DNA from: Octopus sinensis
Lineage: Eukaryota
NCBI RefSeq assembly: GCF_006345805.1
Contig: NW_021833012.1
Location: 27,500-91,499 of the forward strand
Direction: 5' to 3'
Length of the DNA stretch: 64,000 nt
Made by a program: the position numbers and the translations under genes. The notes under the pieces are model-generated. The model was not told where the DNA came from and ran no database searches. It worked only from the letters and a program-made list of their open reading frames with translations. Positions 63,392 through 64,000 of the stretch are shown piece after piece. Position 1 is the first letter of the stretch. Every line of letters begins with the position of its first letter.

Positions 63392-64000
63392 ATCATCACA
63401 CACACATATATATATATATACATAAAATATTATTCGAGACAAACCACTATTTTGCAAAACAAACAAGGAAAGACTTAATCAATACATAAATTTTAATAAA
63501 TAGTCAAAAAAACCGCCACTACAATCGTTGTCTTGATCGACAATCTTCAGGTGGACTTCCAATAATTCAGTGTCAAATTATGAAGTCTTCATAATTTGAC
63601 ACTGAATTATTGGAAGTCCACCTGAAGATTGTCGATCAAGACAACGATTGTAGTGGCGGTTTTTTTGACTATTTATTAAAATTTATGTATTGATTAAGTC
63701 TTTCCTTGTTTGTTTTGCAAAATAGTGGTTTTGTCTCGAATAATATTTTATAATATTTTACTATAAAATCGATTTAATCCTAAATCTGATTTTTTCCCTG
63801 TAAATTTGGATTTATTCCCTAATATTTATTATTTATATATATACATATATATCTTTTTTCTCTTCTTAGCCACAGCATATGGTGAAGGTGTTTATTTTGC
63901 CAGAGACATCCAATATTCTGCAAGGGATACCTATTCTGCTCCTGACCATAACGGAATAAAGAGAATATACAAATGCAGTGTTCTTGTGGGAAGAGTGATG
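2470..64000 (+). CDS. PARP14: PARP14-like macro-PARP gene (partial, 13 exons in window: macro-macro-acidic linker-KH-like-WWE-ART)
   Basis: Exons 2470-2606, 2887-3113, 3724-3951, 19462-19489, 24281-24417, 24699-24926, 26307-26528, 30631-30685, 36033-36223, 52903-53272, 58445-58578, 59362-59539 and 63870-end all have AG/GT boundaries and compatible phases. The joined translation shows macro motifs ([18 protein letters not shown]), a WWE-like segment (VQW...LEKAY) and an ART signature (LWHGT...[20 protein letters not shown]). The symbol means PARP14-like; orthology was not tested. Confidence 0.9.
2887..3113 (+). CDS. PARP14: Exon B1: macrodomain 1 core, with a 1-bp deletion relative to its paralog
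   Basis: ttttgtAG acceptor, GTAAGT donor; encodes [20 protein letters not shown] / [21 protein letters not shown]...HLALPPW. It is 227 nt against 228 nt in the paralog (TCCAATTT versus TCCAAATTT near 2947), giving a TAG at 3028-3030 in the shifted frame. Confidence 0.8.
3724..3951 (+). CDS. PARP14: Exon C1: macrodomain 1 C-terminal half
   Basis: polyT-TAG acceptor, GTTGGT donor, phase 0-0; encodes [37 protein letters not shown]...[14 protein letters not shown]. Confidence 0.9.
5987..6459 (-). mobile_element. Non-coding interspersed element embedded in (TAA)n at both ends
   Basis: A homologous copy lies at 36527-37051 and a fragment at 30791-30853; the two long copies have ATT runs on both sides; no ORF. 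Strand is inferred from the tail. Confidence 0.6.
6491..8330 (-). mobile_element. Degenerate R4/Dong-type non-LTR retrotransposon (RT C-terminus, CCHC-type motif, restriction-like endonuclease)
   Basis: Encodes QEQALRTN...CRMC...HIVGEC, ILWDF..Q....ARQPDI...IVDVAIP and PVVTGALG...KSALLGTA; the 3' end abuts (TAA)n at 6460-6490; interrupted by a SINE and a (CT)n run. Confidence 0.85.
7084..7298 (-). mobile_element. tRNA-derived SINE
   Basis: The minus strand begins aggtggcaatctggcagaaacgttag (A-box-like) and gagttcatattcc (B-box-like); a homologous copy lies at 32201-32427. Confidence 0.7.
8325..8565 (+). mobile_element. Third copy of the tRNA-head/hammerhead-tail element (degenerate ribozyme)
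   Basis: Same B-box region (gagtttgattccaagcagtgacctgaac), CAA run, then CTGATGA (8435)...GAAACGTT (8464) with mismatched stems I and II. Confidence 0.7.
8771..9171 (-). mobile_element. tRNA-derived SINE, second family, CpG-rich
   Basis: A box tggcccagtggttag, B box ggttttgattcc, (AAAC)n tail. Confidence 0.7.
9387..9740 (+). mobile_element. Non-autonomous Helitron/Helentron-like element
   Basis: 5' hairpin ACTAGCactatgACCCGGCgttGCCGGGTtataaTGCTAGT, (CA)/(CAGA) run near the 3' end, terminus tttgccgtttatatatagagagat; a second copy lies on the minus strand at 51276-51587. Confidence 0.6.
10888..11160. repeat. 29-bp AT-rich minisatellite (array 1)
   Basis: Unit ~ATAATTAATAGCCAGAAGGTTTATTAAAG, about 9 copies. 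Confidence 0.9.
11170..14330 (-). mobile_element. Near full-length degenerate RTE-clade LINE (APE endonuclease, RT, Cys/His finger)
   Basis: APE motifs GVGIFL..KW, IISAY.P, AGDFN.HVG and HRLVISDF; RT motifs KAPGPSG, QFGFVPG, GVHQ.S.LSPLLF and Y.DDLALIAE; [27 protein letters not shown]; many stops and frameshifts. Confidence 0.92.
15121..15150 (+). repeat. Short degenerate telomere-like (TTAGGG/TTTAGGG) run
   Basis: ttagggctaggtttagggtttagggttagg. Confidence 0.5.
15618..17123. repeat. 29-bp minisatellite (array 2) interrupted by two minus-strand RTE 3' fragments (15700-16500, 16531-16645)
   Basis: Same unit as 10888-11160; about 16 units in 16646-17123. The RTE piece encodes ...RRLRWYGH...[13 protein letters not shown]. 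Confidence 0.88.
17128..17475 (+). mobile_element. Probable non-autonomous Helitron-like element
   Basis: atctactacatat start, tgtgtttgtttgt run, cgattttgatgaaacttg motif and an internal 22-bp direct repeat (ccaagggaaataacccattc twice). Confidence 0.4.
17782..18489. mobile_element. piggyBac-type non-autonomous element (708 bp)
   Basis: TTAA|CCCCTTACCC ... GGGTAAGGGG|TTAA: a perfect 10-bp TIR with TTAA target duplication (17778-17781, 18490-18493). Confidence 0.8.
19462..19489 (+). CDS. PARP14: Micro-exon D1 (28 nt) closing macrodomain 1
   Basis: ttttgttttaacAG acceptor, GTAAAA donor; encodes EFDEYLRNR. Phase 0 to 1 exactly bridges C1 to A2, and both acceptor and peptide resemble D2 (cttttaacAG, KFKEYF). 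Confidence 0.7.
19600..20470 (-). mobile_element. R4/Dong-type retrotransposon 3' fragment
   Basis: Encodes [18 protein letters not shown]...CRACG and KILWDFPIQ...[10 protein letters not shown]...LLID. Confidence 0.8.
21850..22368 (+). mobile_element. CR1-type LINE 3' end with (ATT)n tail
   Basis: Encodes [19 protein letters not shown]....SFK, the CR1 C-terminal motif; homologous to 41429-41868. Confidence 0.8.
23040..23990 (-). repeat. Purine-rich degenerate repeat, possibly an old Penelope-like 3' region (homolog at 4390-4830)
   Basis: Both segments share attctgctctca...gttaggaaatga.atgtg...ggttgacatgg; the PLE assignment is weak. Confidence 0.35.
24281..24417 (+). CDS. PARP14: Exon A2: linker and first strand of macrodomain 2
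   Basis: tttccAG acceptor, GTGAGT donor; encodes [45 protein letters not shown]. Confidence 0.88.
24699..24926 (+). CDS. PARP14: Exon B2: macrodomain 2 core (intact)
   Basis: 228 nt open frame encoding [42 protein letters not shown]...[16 protein letters not shown]; GTAAGT donor. Confidence 0.92.
25653..26208. mobile_element. Head-to-head pair of composite tRNA-head / (TAA,CAA)n / hammerhead-tail elements
   Basis: The right arm (+, from ~25891) has Pol III A box TGGCATAGTGG (25898) and B box GTTCGATTCC (25943), a microsatellite, then a hammerhead-type tail with mutated core CTAATGA (26091). The left arm is the reverse complement and lacks the A box. Confidence 0.75.
25694..25739 (-). ncRNA. 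Minimal type I hammerhead ribozyme (intact core) inside a SINE-like element
   Basis: The minus strand reads GACAC-CUGAUGA-A-GGCUG-gaagguauau-CAGCC-GAAAC-GUU-GUGUU: stem I GACAC/GUGUU, 5-bp stem II, full core, 1-bp CG stem III, GUU cleavage triplet and an extra A after A9. Confidence 0.75.
26307..26528 (+). CDS. PARP14: Exon C2: macrodomain 2 C-terminal half
   Basis: ttttttcAG acceptor, GTTGGT donor; encodes [37 protein letters not shown]...[14 protein letters not shown]. Confidence 0.9.
26565..28190 (-). mobile_element. 5'-truncated RTE LINE inserted ~35 bp after exon C2, with long (CAT/CAC)n tail
   Basis: Encodes [28 protein letters not shown] and [13 protein letters not shown]; tail at 26565-26650. 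Confidence 0.88.
28218..30130 (-). mobile_element. R4/Dong-type retrotransposon (RT domain through CCHC motif), 3' end replaced by the RTE copy
   Basis: Encodes [48 protein letters not shown] and [13 protein letters not shown]......CRIC. Confidence 0.9.
30631..30685 (+). CDS. PARP14: Exon D2 (55 nt)
   Basis: cttttaacAG acceptor, GTAAAT donor; encodes [18 protein letters not shown]; phase 0 to 1 joins C2 to the 36033 exon. Confidence 0.8.
32201..32427 (-). mobile_element. tRNA-derived SINE (same family as 7084-7298)
   Basis: Direct sequence similarity to 7084-7298; B-box-like gagttcaaattc on the minus strand. Confidence 0.7.
32960..33313 (-). mobile_element. Mariner-derived fragment (TIR and transposase N-terminus)
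   Basis: TIR ttggatcatcccataa next to a TA run; encodes [17 protein letters not shown]; a related plus-strand 5' end lies at 56520-56749. Confidence 0.75.
33901..34610 (-). mobile_element. Mariner transposase C-terminal remnant with TIR
   Basis: Encodes frameshifted LHHDNAPAH...[12 protein letters not shown]...FQECIHHW...EGDYFE; terminus TA|CGAGTTCTGATCAATAAGTATCCGGACT. Confidence 0.8.
34620..35662. mobile_element. Two RTE 3' fragments joined head-to-head (minus 34620-35162, plus 35163-35662 with (GAT)n tail)
   Basis: Both contain the GRGRP.KTW segment, in opposite orientations. Confidence 0.75.
36033..36223 (+). CDS. PARP14: Exon E: acidic linker and start of KH-like region
   Basis: cttttatttcAG acceptor, GTAAGT donor; encodes [45 protein letters not shown]...TESR; phase 1 to 0. 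Confidence 0.82.
36527..37051 (-). mobile_element. Second copy of the (TAA)n-flanked non-coding element
   Basis: Homologous to 5987-6459; ATT runs at 36501-36525 and 37052-37068. Confidence 0.6.
37150..38310 (+). mobile_element. RTE LINE 3' portion
   Basis: Encodes [17 protein letters not shown]...RRLCWYGHV...LEKIRQAK*, followed by the 3' UTR and GAT tail. Confidence 0.88.
38540..41270 (+). mobile_element. 5'-truncated RTE LINE (RT, Cys finger, C-terminus, 3' UTR)
   Basis: Encodes [35 protein letters not shown] and [10 protein letters not shown]; (GAT/GGT)n tail. Confidence 0.9.
41429..41868 (-). mobile_element. CR1-type LINE 3' end
   Basis: Encodes [15 protein letters not shown]...[15 protein letters not shown]; the tail is the (AAT)n run at 41429-41467 on the plus strand. 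Confidence 0.85.
41869..43535 (-). mobile_element. R4/Dong-type retrotransposon, 5'-truncated at the YMDD motif, with a well-preserved C-terminus
   Basis: Encodes [46 protein letters not shown] and [12 protein letters not shown]...[13 protein letters not shown]; the 5' end abuts (TAA)n at 43536-43550. Confidence 0.92.
43572..44595 (-). mobile_element. Older R4/Dong-type 3' fragment
   Basis: Encodes [20 protein letters not shown]...IIDF and PVVIGALG; the 3' end runs into the TAA/CAA run at 43536-43571. Confidence 0.8.
44630..44800 (+). mobile_element. Helentron-like 5' fragment (related 3' fragment at 49440-49628)
   Basis: ttacttccacc...ggcggaggtattgttttc-(gttt)n; both pieces share taccggacaagga...gattatt. 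The family call comes from recalled motif style only. Confidence 0.35.
45748..45996 (-). mobile_element. tRNA-derived SINE with target-site duplication
   Basis: A box tggcttagtgattag, B box ggtttcgattcc; flanked by aatagctaata(a/c)aata at ~45732 and ~46003. Confidence 0.8.
46572..48996 (-). mobile_element. CR1-type LINE 3' end split by the foldback element (pieces 46572-46736 and 48666-48996)
   Basis: [20 protein letters not shown]...[18 protein letters not shown] continues across the insertion as QEVQMR...; A-rich tail at 46572. Confidence 0.8.
46737..48665. mobile_element. 1.93-kb foldback DNA element with ~630-bp internally repetitive TIRs and an 8-bp TSD (Merlin-like)
   Basis: Arms 46737-47371 and 48044-48665 are reverse complements beginning GGTTAATATAGGGCGTTACG; the TSD CTGTGAGG lies at 46729-46736 and 48666-48673; there are four 130-155-bp subrepeats per arm. 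Confidence 0.85.
50100..50262. repeat. (ATT)n microsatellite, representative of many TA, GA, CAT, GAT and CTA/CTG runs in the window
   Basis: Direct reading; similar runs at 1545-1618, 5858-5888, 35540-35660 and 58220-58310. Confidence 0.95.
50560..51275 (-). mobile_element. Penelope-like element 3' part (GIY-YIG endonuclease)
   Basis: Encodes LVYAAGC...[23 protein letters not shown] and the terminal [17 protein letters not shown]. Confidence 0.8.
51276..51587 (-). mobile_element. Helitron-like element (copy of 9387-9740)
   Basis: Reverse-complement similarity over ~300 bp; the microsatellite section is deleted. Confidence 0.65.
51610..52330 (+). mobile_element. Penelope-like reverse transcriptase remnant
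   Basis: Encodes [52 protein letters not shown] and VEFLDTKV. Confidence 0.82.
52903..53272 (+). CDS. PARP14: Exon F: KH-like segment and WWE domain
   Basis: ttttattttcAG acceptor, GTTCGT donor; encodes ...[29 protein letters not shown]...MVQWSCFDE...[15 protein letters not shown]...FDIKKM...KYKMKR; phase 0 to 1. Confidence 0.88.
53697..54711 (-). mobile_element. RTE LINE 3' portion with internal deletion of the Cys-finger region
   Basis: RT C-terminal motif (gttcaccaaggatcagtc...) is joined directly to the ETWA/WMCNV segment; 3' UTR and CAT tail at ~53697. Confidence 0.8.
54890..56508 (+). mobile_element. 5'-truncated RTE LINE
   Basis: Encodes [18 protein letters not shown] and [12 protein letters not shown], followed by the Cys finger, C-terminus, 3' UTR and GAT tail. 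Confidence 0.88.
56520..56749 (+). mobile_element. Mariner 5' end (TIR and start of transposase)
   Basis: TA|TTGGGTCATCCCATAAA; encodes [16 protein letters not shown], then breaks off. Confidence 0.7.
56750..57109. mobile_element. Possible solo LTR
   Basis: TGTA...TACA termini, ~360 bp, with an internal 30-bp tandem duplication; flanks GAGTT/GAGCA match only partly. Confidence 0.35.
57150..58200 (+). mobile_element. RTE-BovB-type LINE 3' half
   Basis: Encodes LLYAD...[14 protein letters not shown]...FVYLGS...[18 protein letters not shown]...FHQRCLR...RLRW.G...RM.DSRIPKQ.LYG and a terminal C2H2-like remnant. Confidence 0.88.
58445..58578 (+). CDS. PARP14: Exon G: start of the PARP catalytic region
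   Basis: ctctAG acceptor, GTTAGT donor; encodes [44 protein letters not shown] (P..W..M...EY..V...F pattern of mono-ART PARPs). Confidence 0.88.
59362..59539 (+). CDS. PARP14: Exon H: ART domain with catalytic His
   Basis: cctttctacAG acceptor, GTAAGT donor; encodes [59 protein letters not shown]. Confidence 0.95.
60538..60810. mobile_element. MITE-like element with ~63-bp terminal inverted repeats
   Basis: 60538-60600 pairs with 60747-60810 (one mismatch, one indel); no ORF. Confidence 0.6.
62188..63361 (+). repeat. RTE 3' UTR expanded into a ~1-kb tandem array (61/62-bp monomers, 123-bp dimer) with (GAT)n tail
   Basis: About 16 monomers starting ggtg(a/g)cacgtaaaagcaccatccg, followed by the standard RTE terminus at 63190-63361. 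Confidence 0.92.
63422..63751. repeat. Near-perfect palindrome (164/165-bp arms, 1-nt spacer at 63586)
   Basis: Centre TTATGAAG-T-CTTCATAA; by eye the arms match except for one extra T near 63730. Confidence 0.95.
63870..64000 (+). CDS. PARP14: Exon I (truncated by the window edge): ART domain with catalytic Tyr
   Basis: tcttcttAG acceptor, phase 1; encodes [44 protein letters not shown]. The third triad residue lies outside the window. Confidence 0.95.

Overview
AT-rich metazoan genomic DNA, not prokaryotic. The repeat families resemble those I associate with octopus (coleoid cephalopod) genomes; this is an inference and was not checked by search. The window holds the 3' two-thirds of one plus-strand, multi-exon PARP14-like mono-ADP-ribosyltransferase gene. 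I found 13 exons with canonical AG/GT boundaries and compatible phases, encoding macrodomain 1, macrodomain 2, an acidic linker, a KH-like segment, WWE and the start of the ART catalytic domain (LWHGT...GVYFA), which runs off the right edge. The two macrodomains are a tandem duplication of a four-exon cassette. Their exons are more diverged than the neighbouring introns, and copy 1 has a 1-bp frameshift. The introns are packed with retroelements (RTE, R4/Dong-type, CR1, Penelope-like, tRNA-derived SINEs), DNA-transposon derivatives (mariner, piggyBac-type, a foldback with an 8-bp TSD, Helitron-like) and mini/microsatellites. The most unusual items are a composite tRNA-head SINE carrying a minimal hammerhead ribozyme, a near-perfect ~330-bp palindrome just upstream of the catalytic exon, and chains of (TAA)n-targeted retroelements. 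Nearly all entries in the ORF track are repeat remnants or artefacts. Repeat boundaries are approximate, and all counts were made by eye.
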